A stretch of DNA of 60,808 bases from Octopus sinensis (GCF_006345805.1 NW_021832569.1:1-60808); one strand, 5' to 3'. Shown: positions 1-12,200, counted from the first letter of the stretch. Numbers and translations: made by a program. The notes: generated by a model from the sequence alone, not told the origin.

Positions 1-1993
1 GGAGATTCCTGGTTTTGTGAGCGAGGAGCCGTAACACTGCTGAAGAAAGATCTAAACAAGGGAAATGTAATAGATAACTTTAGGCCCATCACTCTGCTTA
101 ATGCAGACTTGAAAATTTTGGCCAAGGGTGCTAGACCAGAGGTTGGCGCTTGTCATCGAGAACACTGGTCGACAAGGCGCAAACATGCGCCGTGTGCAAG
201 GGCCCGGACCATCCATGACAACTCTCCATCTGATGCGCTACATCATAGACAGGGTAGTTAACGAACCTGGCAGCGGGTTGGGGCACCCTGATCCAACTGG
301 ATCAATCATAAAAGCCTTTTGATAGGGGGTAGACCATCGATACTTGGAGGCAGTCCTGAGAGCCGGCTGGTTTCGGTCCAGTTCTTCCGCGGCTGGATAG
401 CTGCCTTGTACAGAGGCCATCCGTTCGGTTAATCGCGTAACGTAAATGGACATCTATCGAGACCTTTCGACATTGCACGTTCGGTCCGTCAGGGATGCCC
501 CCTCTCGGCGGCTTCTATACGTATTGACTCTTGAGCCACTACTGCGGAAGCTGGCGACTCTAAGGGGCATCCCGCGAGAATTGGGATGCGGGACGAGCGG
601 TCTGCATACGCGGACGACGTCACCGTCATAGTGTCTAGCCACGAGCACATCGAGCTGGTCGGCGAGACACTGAAAAAACTACGAAGCCGGTGACAGGAGC
701 GAAAATCAACCGGGAAAAGTCAGTGGGCTTGCGAATAGGCACTGGAGAAGCAGCCCATGCCGTCCACCAGCGCCTCCGTCGTGGGAAGCTGGACCGACGG
801 CCCGGTTGAGTTGCTCGGGGTCTGGTTTGGTCCGGACCTCCAAGTGGAGAAGAACTGGAACGAGATAACGAGTAGGGGTGGTGACTCTCGCCCGGCAATG
901 GGCCGAGAGGAAACTGTCCCTAAAAGGTCGAGCGGAGTGTGGCGACACGTACATCGCGTCCCGTCATCTACTACCGCCTGACCGTCGTACCTTGTCCCGA
1001 CCCTACCATCACCAAACTACAACGCATCCTCTTTCGCTTCTTGTGGAAAGGATGCGTCCCGATGGTCAGGCGATCCATTTGCTGTCAACACCCGTTAAAA
1101 GGAGGGCTGGGCATGCCGTGGTTGATGATGCGCAGACACGCGCTGAAGACACTGCGACATCCATCTGCTCTATGTAGACGACGGGTGAACAGGTGTGGTC
1201 GCAGTTTGTGAGGCACGCTTTCCCGCAGCTCGTCTCCATGACCGAACTGCAGTCGTGGATCAAAAAGAGGCCGAGGAAGGGCGAATGGCACCGCGAGTGT
1301 CGCGTTGCTCTCAAGCAAGTCTGCCGTCCTGGGTCGACCTTAAGTGACTTCAACACAACCAAAGCATTCTATAGGGGTTTAGTGAGGGGAGGTAAGACGA
1401 CGACTCGGGCGCGAACCTGGACGTCGACGAGGAGTACTGACCCGCCTGTTCGGGACGACTTTCGGGCAGGGCCCATGGACAACTTCCAGAGATCCTGGCC
1501 TGGCAGTGCTACCGAGAAGCGCTACCCGTTCGGGATAAGCTCTACAGACACGGCTCGAGAAACACGGGGCCGACCTTGCACGAATGCGGTCAGAGCGACG
1601 AAACCGTTCTGCACGCACTCGTTCAGTGTCCAACAATTTCCGACCTGTGGGCTTATGTCGAACAACTGCTGTCACGTGGGGACGAGTCGGTTTATCAGCT
1701 GAGTCTATCGTCAATATTGTCACGCCTCCTTCCTTCAAACGGGAAGGAAGAGCTATTTTTCATCATCCTTGTGGCTATGGCGAAAGAATGAATGGATCTG
1801 GTGGACGCGTCTGAAAGGATTGGAGACAAACACTCTCTCTGGTCAATCTCTCAACTTCTTCAAGTACCAATTGAAAAGGAAAGTGAGAGTAGAGAGGCAA
1901 GTTTGTTAGCGAATGTTTTAAAAAAAGATGGGTGAATGTTGCAAGAATGGCACGTAATGAATGACGAAGCCACCTTGAGCATTAGTTCTATGA
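1..1993 (+). pseudogene. Tx1 ORF2 (RT plus C-terminal region), multiply frameshifted
   Basis: RT motifs are spread across frames in ORFs 128-322, 446-631, 939-1211 and 1576-1791; stop near 1991-1993. Confidence 0.85.
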
Positions 1994-2187
1994 ACCCAGA
2001 AATCGAAAACAGAGAGTTACTTATTTGCCAAAAAAAAAAAAAAAAAAAAAAAAAAGAAATATAAATGTGACTTCATTGACCGAGGTTACCGTGGTCTTTC
2101 CGTAGGCTTTTCTTTCCACGGGTAAACCTCACCTGTCCTCCCCTTTACACTTCATATTGACATTTCTGTGATAACGATCCTATTGAT

Positions 2188-2224
<37 letters not shown>

Positions 2225-2419
2225 CTCTCTCCACCTTTTTTTTTTTTTTTTTTTTTTACCCCCCTTTTTTTTTTGTCTCTTTCTCTCCTTTTACGATCCT
2301 TTTGATCGAACCTCCCCCTTCCTTATTTTTTTTTTTTTTTTTTTAATACCTTCAAAAGAAAAGCTCTACCTTGTAATTTGTTTATCTGTGTGCAGCCCTG
2401 TGTGGCTAATAAAGAAACA

Positions 2420-2420
<1 letters not shown>
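1..2420 (+). mobile_element. Tx1/L1-clade non-LTR retrotransposon, copy 1 (3' part; 5' end lies outside the window)
   Basis: Frameshifted RT motifs (NFRPITLLNADLKILAK at ~77-125, QGCPLS ~490-510, YADD 607-618), C-terminal Cys/His region, 3' UTR with AATAAA at 2408-2413, then (ATCT)n. Colinear with 5490-7864. Confidence 0.92.
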
Positions 2421-2455
<35 letters not shown>

Positions 2456-2564
2456 AATCTATCAATCTATTATCTATCTACATCTATCTATCGATTATCT
2501 ATCTATCTATCTATCTACAATCTATCAATCTATCTATCTATCTATCAATCTATCTATCTATCTA
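2421..2564 (+). repeat. (TCTA)n microsatellite between the two Tx1 copies
   Basis: Imperfect ATCT repeats seen directly. Confidence 0.97.
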
Positions 2565-4023
2565 TGAGACAAATTGCACCTTCATATTCCACAAACACAT
2601 CGTGGAAAACACAAAAAAAAAACAATAATTATAAAAGTAATAAACAAAAAAAACAAAAACAAGAACAGAAAATGCACCCGCAGGAAAAAATCGATAAATG
2701 CCTTCGCCTGTATGGGACTCCAAGGAATATATCAGTTGGGAAACAAATTTGGTACAGTCCAAGTACGTTTCCTCAACGGAAAGTTTAGCAAAACGTTTTC
2801 CACATTGGAGCTGCATTCGGACGACTTGGTAATGATACCAGTCTATTTAACAAAAGGGTCACGAAAAGTCCAATAAAAAACATACCATTTGATGTCGAAA
2901 CACAATGGTTGGTCTCTGCCATCTGCTTTGAAAGTCAGAGACAAAACATCCTGGAAATCGCGGTTCTAGGAGAGAAAGACTATGTGGGCAAATCAATCGA
3001 ATTCCTGCTTCAATTGGATGAAGCAGCAAGAGAGAGATACACACCCGCTATAGAACTGCCAGGAGGCTACAAACTCTATATAGTGGTAGAGGGCAGGCGA
3101 CCACGCTGCTATTTGTGTGGAAGCGAAACACACTTGAAAAAGACGTGCCCAACCACTGAACACCAAGAGCAACAACAACAAACCACTACCACAACCAAAG
3201 CACTCCGGAAAAAAAGCTCTACTCCCCACCACCACCATCAACCACAGAAGACGACAAGAGAAGCACACCAAGCTAATCCGTCATCAACCAAAAACCACTC
3301 GACACCTGAAAAAATACAACACCACCATCACAGCAAAACCCAAAGGAACAGAAAAACAAAGAAAACACACACAAACTGATCCCCCATCACTTTATACCGC
3401 ACTCAACACACACAAACAAAACACTCAAAACAACGAAACAACAACGAAACAACAACACAACCACTTACACAGACATACATAGAAGCCACAACATACCCTA
3501 CCCCCTTCTGATTCCTCAGAAATTCGTCGGAGACGACGAAACCAGTGAGGAATGGCAAATAGCTACAAAAAAGAAGGAAAATAAAGAGCAGAAACACAAC
3601 CAAACCAAATGCAAACACGAACAAAGCAGGGGGAAAATACATCTCCCGAAGACATTTCAAAAAACCCAACGCAAACAACAGCCACACCAACACCACAAAA
3701 ACATTATACAGCAAACATGCTCACAGCCTTAGACACCAAAAACACAAAATTTGATGGAATACATCCAATCAAAAACAAACATAACAGAAGATGACATAAA
3801 AAACAAAACAATCAACCCATACACAAACACCACCAGACCACATCAAAATATTACACATCTCCAAAAGTCTGCACCACACACTCAAAGGCATTTTCCCAGT
3901 GCGGTTGGTAAATGCCAAAATATCTCACAACGAAACTGTACTGGGATCTTCTCGAGGACAAACCAACGGAGGAGAAAGCAAAACTTTCGAGCAGTAAGTA
4001 ACCCTCTGTATCTAATTCATTAG
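2564..4023 (+). pseudogene. Tx1 ORF1 (gag-like nucleic-acid-binding protein), frameshifted
   Basis: CX2CX4HX4C knuckle CYLCGSETHLKKTC at 3107-3148, followed by a Thr/Gln/Lys-rich low-complexity tail ending just before ORF2. Confidence 0.75.
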
Positions 4024-7000
4024 AACTATGATCAAGATTGGTTGTGTAAATGCGCGTGGCTGGGGTCCCCTTGGAAACAAGGGTACTGTTAAATGACATA
4101 AAGTCACATAATTTAGAAATCATAGCCATAAGCGAGAACAGACTCCACAATCCGCGGGCCCTAAAGACCATGTTTGGCGGACAGTTCAACATTTATTTCC
4201 CCCTGTTCTGCCGAGAATGGGCGGAGTTAGGCACCGCGGTACTTTCACAAGAGTCTGGATCTCAATGTAAGGACAATATTCGTAGACCCGGAGGGTAGAC
4301 TGGTCGTCCTGGATGTCGACGGCAGCAATGGGGTGCGCTTTTCGACTCGTATCAGTTTACGCACCGCCCTTACAGGTCGGGCGGATTTCTTTCAACGTCT
4401 AGAAGTTTTTGGGAACGTCTCGTCCTTTACTCTAGTGGGGGATGGAATGCTACCTTGGACACGCATGTAGACTACGTGGTTAGAGATAGGAATATACGGG
4501 GATGCAAATGCCTCAGAGACCTGCTCAGACCTTTCAACTGTCTGACAGGTTCCGACTAGACCACCCGAATGCGCAACGTGGACATGGAGCAACCGCATCG
4601 GGTCGTCGAGATGCGTATCTAGATAGGATACTGTGTAGGGACAGTAGATAGAGATAGCATGGATGTCCACAATTTCACATAGTCAGCTACACGGATCACA
4701 AAACTTGTGAAATGTACGCTAGACTTAGGTAAGACACTTAGGCAGGGTCCCGGATACTGGAAACTAAACGCGTCTTTCCCATCGAGACAAGATTTCAGAG
4801 ACCGGATTGATTAGCACACTAGTAAAGAGGGCTTTGACGGGGAGCCATCATCAACAACAAATGGTGGTTTGCCCTCAAGAGAGCAGTAAAAGCAGGAAGC
4901 GATTAGGTACAGCAAAGCACTAGCCATAGATAGAATAGAGTAGAGGGTGAGCTAGTTAAGAAGCTAGAAGAGGCAATTAGAAGCGGCCATCGCATCCGAC
5001 GTTTTGGCGGCGAGTGGGGCCTCGACCAACACTTCAACGCCAAACACGAAGGATGTGCTGTCAGAGCTAGGATGCGTGCTCTAAGGAAACGAAGGTGTTG
5101 GAGCCGCGAGAGAGGCCCGGGTGGCAGAGGCGCAACAGGGCAACAAAGCCACCATTCGGTCACTGGTAGATGAACAGGGGCGCGAATTGCTCGAGCCAAG
5201 TAAAATGTGTGAGGCCTTTCAGCAGCATTTGCCCGACTGTTCGAAAGATTTGTGGAGGCAAGAACGTAGGGTGGACTTCAGTGCCTACCTACATAGCCTA
5301 CCACCGACTCTCGACAAGAAAGGCAGGGCTGCTGCGAAGGTGCCATCACGCGGCGGAGTGCGGGAAGCGTGGCAGATGCTCGAGGGACAAATCACCGGGT
5401 TTGGATGGTCTACCTACGAGCTTTACAATTGTATGCCAGGACTGTTTGGAGATCTCTTGGCGGCGGTGTACGGCAACTGGCAGCAAAACGGGAGGCATTC
5501 TGGTTTTGTGAGCCGAGAAGCCGTAACACTGCTGAAGAAAGATCTAAACAAGGGGAAATGTAATAGATAAACTTTAGGCCCATCACTCTGCTTAATGCAG
5601 ACTTGAAAATTTTGGCCAAGGTGCTAGCCAAGAGGTTGGCGCTTGTCATCGAGAAACTGGTCGACAAGGCGCAAAACATGCGCCGTGCCAGGCGGGACCA
5701 TCCATGACAACCTCCATTGATGCGCTACATCATAGACAGGGTAGTTAACGAACCTGGCATGGGTGGGGCCCTGATCAAACTTGGATCAATCGAAAGCCTT
5801 TGATAGGGTAGACCATCGATACTTGGAGGCAGCCTGAGAAACGGCTGGGTTTCGGTCCCGTCTTCCGCGGCTGGATAGCTGCCTTGTACAGAGGCACGTT
5901 CGGTAATTCGCGTAAATGGGACATACTATCGAGACCTTTTCGACATTGCACGTTCGGTCCGTCAGGGATGCCCCCTCTCGGCGCTTCTATACGTATGACT
6001 CTTGAGCCACTACTGCGGAAGCTGGCGACGCTAAGGGGCATCCCGCGAGAATTGGGATGCGGGACGAGCGTGTCTGCATACGCGGGGACGACGTTCACCG
6101 TCATAGTGTCTAGCCACGAGCACATCGAGCTGGTCGGCGAGACACTGAAAAACTACGAAGCGGTGACAGGAGCGAAAATCAACCGGGAAAAAGTCAGTGG
6201 CTTGCGACTAGGCACCTGGAGAAGCAAGCCCATGCCGTCCACCAGCGCCTCCGTCGTGGGGACTGGACCGACGGGCCGGTTGAGTGCTCGGGGTCTGGTT
6301 TGGTCCGGACCTCAAGTGGAGAAGAACTGGAACGAGATAAGAGTAGGGTGGTGACCTCTCGCCGGCAATGGGCCGAGAGGAAACTGTCCCTAAAAGGTCG
6401 AGCGGAGGTGGCGAAACACGTACATCGCGTCCGTCATCTTACTACCGCCTGACCGTCGTACCTGTCCCGACCCTACCATCACCCAAACTACAACGCATCC
6501 TCTTTCGCTTCTGTGGAAAGGATGCGTCCCGATGGTGATGGTCAGGCGATCCATTTGCTGTCAACACCCGGTAAAAGGAGGGCTGGGCATGGCGTGGTTG
6601 ATGATGCGCAGACACGCGCTGAGACTGCGACATCTCTGGCTCTATGTAGACGACGGTGAACAGGTGTGGTCGCCGTTGTGAGGCACACGCTTTCCCGCAG
6701 CTCGTCTCCATGACCGAACTTGCAGTCGTGGATCAAAAAAGAGGCCGAGGAAGGGCGAATGGCACCCGCGAGTGTCGCGTGCTCTCAAGCAAACTCTGGC
6801 CGTCCTGGGTCGACTTAAGTGACTTCACACAACCAAAGCATTCTATAGGGGTTTTAGGTGAGGGGAGGTACGACGACGAGCTCGGGGCGAACTGGACGTC
6901 GACGAGGAAGTACCTGACCCGCCTGTCGGGACGACTTTCGGGCCAGGGCCCATGGACAAACTTCCAGAGATCCCTGGCCTGGCAGTGCTACCGAGAAGCG

Positions 7001-7864
7001 CTACCGTTAGTCGGGATAAGCTCTACAGACACGGCTCGAGAAACACGGGGCCGACCTGCCCGAGATGCGGTCAGAGCGACGAAACCGTTCTGCACGCACT
7101 CGTTCAGTGTCCAACAATTTCCGACCTGTGGGCTTATGTCGAACAACTGTTGTCACGTGTGGGACGAGTCGGTTTATCAGCTGAGTCTATCGTCAATATT
7201 GTCACGCCTCCTTCCTTCAACGGGAAGGAAGAGCTATTTTCATCATCCTATTGGCTATGGCGAAAGAATGTATCTGGTGGACGCGTCTGAAAGGATTGGA
7301 GAACAAACACTTTCATCTCTGGTCAATCTCTCATCAACTTCTTCAAGTAACAACTTTGAAAAGGAAAGTGAGAGTAGAGAGGCAAGTTTTGTCTAGCGAA
7401 TGTTTTAAAAAAAGATGGGTGAATGTAGCAAGAATGGCACGTATGAATGACGAAGCCACCTTGAGCATAGTCCTATGACCCCAAAATCGAAAACAGAGAG
7501 TTGCTTATTTGCAAAAAAAAAAAAAAAAAAAAAAAAAAAAGGAATATAAAATGTGACTCATTGAGCGAGGTTACCGTGGTCTTTTCCGTAGGCTTCTCTT
7601 TCCACGGGTAACCAAACCTGTCTCCCCTTTACACTTCATATTGACATTCTGTGATAACGATCCCTATTGATCAATTTTTTTCCTCTCCCCAATTTTTTTT
7701 TTAAACCCCCTTTTTTTTGTCCTCTTTCTCTCCTTTTACGATCCCTTTGATCGAAACTCCCCCTTCCTTTTTTTTTTTTTTTTTTTTTAAAACCTTCAAA
7801 AGAAAAGCTCTACCTTGTAATTTGTTCTATCTGTGTGCAGCCCTGTGGCTAATAAAAGAAACAT
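2565..7864 (+). mobile_element. Tx1/L1-clade retrotransposon, copy 2, apparently near full length (~5.3 kb)
   Basis: ORF1-like region with zinc knuckle, ORF2 with APE, RT and CCHC domains, 3' UTR with AATAAA at 7851-7856, (TCTA)n on both sides. Confidence 0.93.
4028..7478 (+). pseudogene. Tx1 ORF2: APE endonuclease + reverse transcriptase + C-terminal CCHC, frameshifted
   Basis: Starts MIKIGCVNARG at 4028. APE motifs IIAISE, G(D)WNA, YLDRIL, TDHKLV, GPGYWKLNAS. RT motifs KSPGLDGLP (~5390), NFRPITLLNADLKILAK (~5570-5620), disrupted YADD (~6078-6092). CPRCGQSDETVLHALVQC at 7057-7110. Confidence 0.9.
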
Positions 7865-7899
7865 ATCTATCTATCTCATCTATCTATCTATTATCTATC

Positions 7900-7936
<37 letters not shown>

Positions 7937-7945
7937 GCTATCTAT
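7865..7945 (+). repeat. (TCTA)n microsatellite at the 3' end of Tx1 copy 2
   Basis: Seen directly. Confidence 0.95.
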
Positions 7946-8714
7946 ATGAGTGTGTGTATGTGTGTGTGTTTTGACGAACATACGGTTACACATGTCTGCG
8001 TGTTTGTAGGCAGATGTTATAATATCTATTCACAAAGACCAACGTAAGCTGACACATGTTTTTTCGAATCTTAACAAGGAAAGAGGAAGATGAAGGCAAC
8101 TGAGCCTCGTCAAGATATTATTAGCAAAAGGACAAGAACCAAATCTGGATACAAAGTACGATCCGAATGGCAGACATTGTTTAAAAAAAGAAGTTACATG
8201 TGTCACACATTCCACAGAAAGGAAGATAAACATCAGGCGTTGGTGACGGGATGACGTAAGACGGGGGAACCACTTAAATTAAATTATATTGAAATCCTTC
8301 AACCAAAGTATTGCGGAAACAAATAAGGAAAATATATAGAATAAATTAACGTTGTGTTGCTGATTAAACTTTAATGATTTAGTTAAATTTTTCTGCATCT
8401 TTTACGCGCACACATACATACATACATAGATACATATATGCATACATACACATACATGGAAACACACATAAACGTACAAAACACACACACACACACAAAC
8501 ACACATACACACACATGGACATACATACACACACACACACACAACACATACACAAACATTTATGTGCATGTGTTGTGTATAAATATATGTATATATATAT
8601 ATTTAGTATCTATGTGTGTATATAAACATATATACATATATATAAAATATACATGCTTATATATGTACGTAAGTATGTATGTATGCATGTATATATATGA
8701 ATATACATGCATAT

Positions 8715-8750
<36 letters not shown>

Positions 8751-9533
8751 GTATTTATATATATGCGTATATATAAGTATATATATATCTATGAATATGC
8801 GTAATACATATGTGTAATATATATGATATATATAAATGCATATATATAAATACATATAATACATAATATACATACATACATACATTACATACATATGTAC
8901 ATACCTACATACCTATACATATATAATATATATATATATATATATAGATATATATATATATAATATATACACACCACGCAAAGCAAATGAATGACGTGAA
9001 CGATAGAGAAGGCTATATATCATAAGAAACCTTCATTGCCATATATGTCAACTGTGATTAGGAAAACGCGTACTTGGAATTCAATTAGGTGGCATTTTCT
9101 GTCACCACCCAATCCTTAGCTCCCACCGGGCTCCAGCTGAACCCAATGATCGTACATGAAGTTTCACATTCGTCAGCCGAGATAGAACTTTTAACCTGAA
9201 AACATAGAAATTATTTCAGGTGATAAATGCCATACTAGAAGTTTTCCACCCCTCTTTAGATGCCTTGTCATTTCGAAGTTGAAGAAAGAATTCATTGTTA
9301 GTAACTCCAGTAAAAAAGAAAAAAAGAAGAAAAAAGAAAGAAGTTAACAATACCTTATGTGTGAATTTGTTACAGGGAAACTGTGTGGAAGCTTGTCGTA
9401 AACATGTATGTATATATGTGCGTATGTATGCATATATATGTGTGTGTATGTATGTACTCACTAGCAGTATATGGATATATGTTATATCATGGAGAGTGCA
9501 ATTACAACCCATATCTCAATTTGTATAATACAT

Positions 9534-9623
<90 letters not shown>

Positions 9624-9633
9624 TATATATATA

Positions 9634-9807
9634 TATAATCAAAATAAGCAACAAGGATATCCAAGATAGAGTAGTACAATTGTTTCATGCTACTTCATTT
9701 TATTAAACACTGTTTCATAAAATATATACAGTGTTCAATAAAATGAAGTAGTATGAAACAATCGTACTACTCTACTTTGGATATCCTGGTTGCTTATTTT
9801 GATTATA
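9634..9807. repeat. Foldback inverted repeat (~80 bp arms, 14 nt loop) next to (TA)n
   Basis: 9634-9713 is the reverse complement of 9728-9807 with about 6 mismatches. Confidence 0.92.
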
Positions 9808-9914
9808 ATCACCCCATTTGATTTATATGGATAATACTATACAAAATTCTTGTTTCTTTAACTTAAGTACCTTATTCACCTGAATCTAAATTTTGCTGAA
9901 CTTATATATATATA

Positions 9915-9952
<38 letters not shown>

Positions 9953-10197
9953 TGTGTGTGTGTATAAACGATTATCTGATAAACATCAATAACTTACAGC
10001 TGTCTCTGCTATAAAATGCAGTGGACTCATAGTTGAGTGCATTATAGCTAATGAAGTTCATAAGATAACCGTTTATTATATTAATCTCTTATTACCACCC
10101 AGTACTCGACAAACGCTTCGTTCTAAACATACATATATTGAGCTCTAACACCAGGTTATCAATATTTTTATGCCTAAGTGATATATATATATATATG

Positions 10198-10475
10198 TAT
10201 CACCGTGCCGACCAGGCTATCAGATGTTGCTATACATCGCTGGTCACAATGCGCTTCGCATTGTTTTAGCCTTCAAATAACGCCACCCCGCTGGCTAAGA
10301 GCGCAGGCCAACAGAAGAAAGAGTGTAAGAAAGTTGTGGCGAAAGAGTACAGCAGGTATCGCCACCACCCCCTGCCGGAGCCTCGTGGAGCTTTAGGTGT
10401 TTTCGCTCAATAAACACCCACAACGCCCGGTCTGGTAATCGAAGCCGCTGACCTAACCACTATGCCATTGCGCAT

Positions 10476-10478
<3 letters not shown>
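10198..10478 (-). mobile_element. tRNA-derived SINE, head A + tail type 2, embedded in (TA)n
   Basis: Reverse complement of the head TGGAGGCGCAATGGCCCAGTGGTTAG plus the shared body; same tail as 18695-18961. Confidence 0.88.
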
Positions 10479-10514
<36 letters not shown>

Positions 10515-10620
10515 TGTAGAGAGACTTAGAAATATTAATATTTTTATGTTTGAAAACCAGTGGATATATTCCACTGAATTTAGGTAAATAATCCTTCGAA
10601 CAGCTGCCTGGTTCGGTTGC

Positions 10621-10663
10621 TCGACATTGATAACGGGTAAATACCCTGAAACTAGTCTGTAGA
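10621..10663 (+). ncRNA. Degenerate minimal type I hammerhead motif inside a ~310 bp TA-flanked structured element (10512-10825)
   Basis: tcgaca-TTGATAA-c-gggt aaat accc-t-GAAAC TA GTC-tgtaga. Stem I has 5/6 pairs, stem III is the palindrome ACUAGU, and the core has two substitutions. Confidence 0.5.
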
Positions 10664-10850
10664 TGCTAGACTAGCAAGGGGAGGCGGCTGACCCCCCCCC
10701 CTGTTCGAAGATTATCATGGACACAGGTTCGTGTGTCACATAGCTAGCTAGAGGCGATGGCCTCTTGGAACTAGTCAACGGCAGTATTTTCCTGGACGGC
10801 TATGTTAACTTGGCGATAACTATTAATATATATATATATATATATATCTC

Positions 10851-11170
10851 TTGACTCCGCCGGTTACGACGACGAGGGTCCCAGCTGATACGATCAACGG
10901 AACAGCTTGCTCGTGAAATTAACGTGCAAATGGCTGAGCATTCCACAGACACGTGTACCCTTAACGTAGTTCTCGGGGAAAATCAGCGTGACACGGAGAG
11001 TGACAAGGCTGACCTTTGAAATACAAGTACAACTCATTTTTGCCAACTGAGTGGACTGGAGCAAGTGAATAAAGTGTCTTGCTCAGGGACACAACGCGTC
11101 GCTGGGAATCGAACTCACAACCTTACGATCATGAGCCGAATGCCCTAACCACTAAGCCACGCGCCCTCAC
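10851..11170 (-). mobile_element. tRNA-derived SINE, head C + tail type 1 (tail shared with the A1 family), flanked by (TA)n
   Basis: Head GTGAGGGCGCGTGGCTTAGTGGTTAGGG...GTTCGATTCCC with A/B-box-like motifs. The 3' ~180 bp match the tail of 34848-35233. Confidence 0.85.
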
Positions 11171-11316
11171 ATATATATATATATATATATTATATAGAGG
11201 GCATTATTACACATAAATGCCGCACGCTAGGAGGGACTCTTAAAGTCAAAACTACCAAAATAAACATATTGTACCGAATGCAAGTCTCGAAGCGAGTCAT
11301 TTAAAAACAGAATTTA

Positions 11317-11381
11317 GCTGCAGATCACCAGTGATATCGTAATCAACGCAGTGGTTGCGTCCTTTACTCATCAGTGCAAGC
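11317..11381 (-). ncRNA. Type I hammerhead fold with one core substitution, in a ~470 bp TA-flanked element (11197-11666)
   Basis: Minus strand: gcttgca-CTGATGA-gtaa agg acgca accac tgcgt tga ttac-GATA-tca ctgg tga-TC-tgcagc. All three stems form; GAUA replaces GAAA. Confidence 0.68.
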
Positions 11382-11842
11382 ATGATTCAAGATTTATAAT
11401 GAATGAGCAAAATCAACGTACCAGACGAACAACCATCGTATCCACCGTAGTAGAACTGTTCACCCCTTAGACATCTATGTAAATGGTGGGCTTTTTCGAA
11501 TTACATTTCGGTAACAACGTGCTTATTCGGAATAAAAATTCAGTATTGAATATACTCCGGTGAAATTTATAATTTAAAAATAGGATAAAATCTTCATAAG
11601 AAATTATCAAGTAGTTAGCGTGAAAAACCTCATAAGAGAAAAAATCTGTAAATATTTTCCACTTGAATATATTTATTTATATTATATATAGAGAGGCCAT
11701 TACCCGGACTCCCATCTAGAAAATTACATGTAATAGAAACATCAATATTAAATAACAATAAAATACCAAGCATTAAGTAAATTGCAAAAATAATAAAAAT
11801 GTATATAGTTGATAGAATAACATAATATATATATATATTATA

Positions 11843-11875
<33 letters not shown>

Positions 11876-12200
11876 AATATATATATATGTGTGTGTGTGT
11901 ACCTGATTATTAGTCAGGGAATGCTTTTGCTGAGAAGCTCTTTTCCAAATCGCATGAGGCTATTGACCTCATATATGCAAACTTGATATAGAACAATATT
12001 TCGACAACCGGCGATTAGTGCATCCAAAGGAATATGACGAGAAATATATATGCTTACAATACAATTATGCACGCATGCATGCATGCATATATGTATGTGT
12101 GTATGCATATATATGCATATATTTATGTTTATATTAATAATGCGTATTTCATACATATAAATATTGATATGCATATATATTCATATATGTACATAAATAC

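Noticed and set aside
9047-9077. CTGTGA...GAAAACGCGTA hammerhead relic
   Set aside because: Palindromic ACGCGU is present, but there is a core deletion and no stem II; unsupported.
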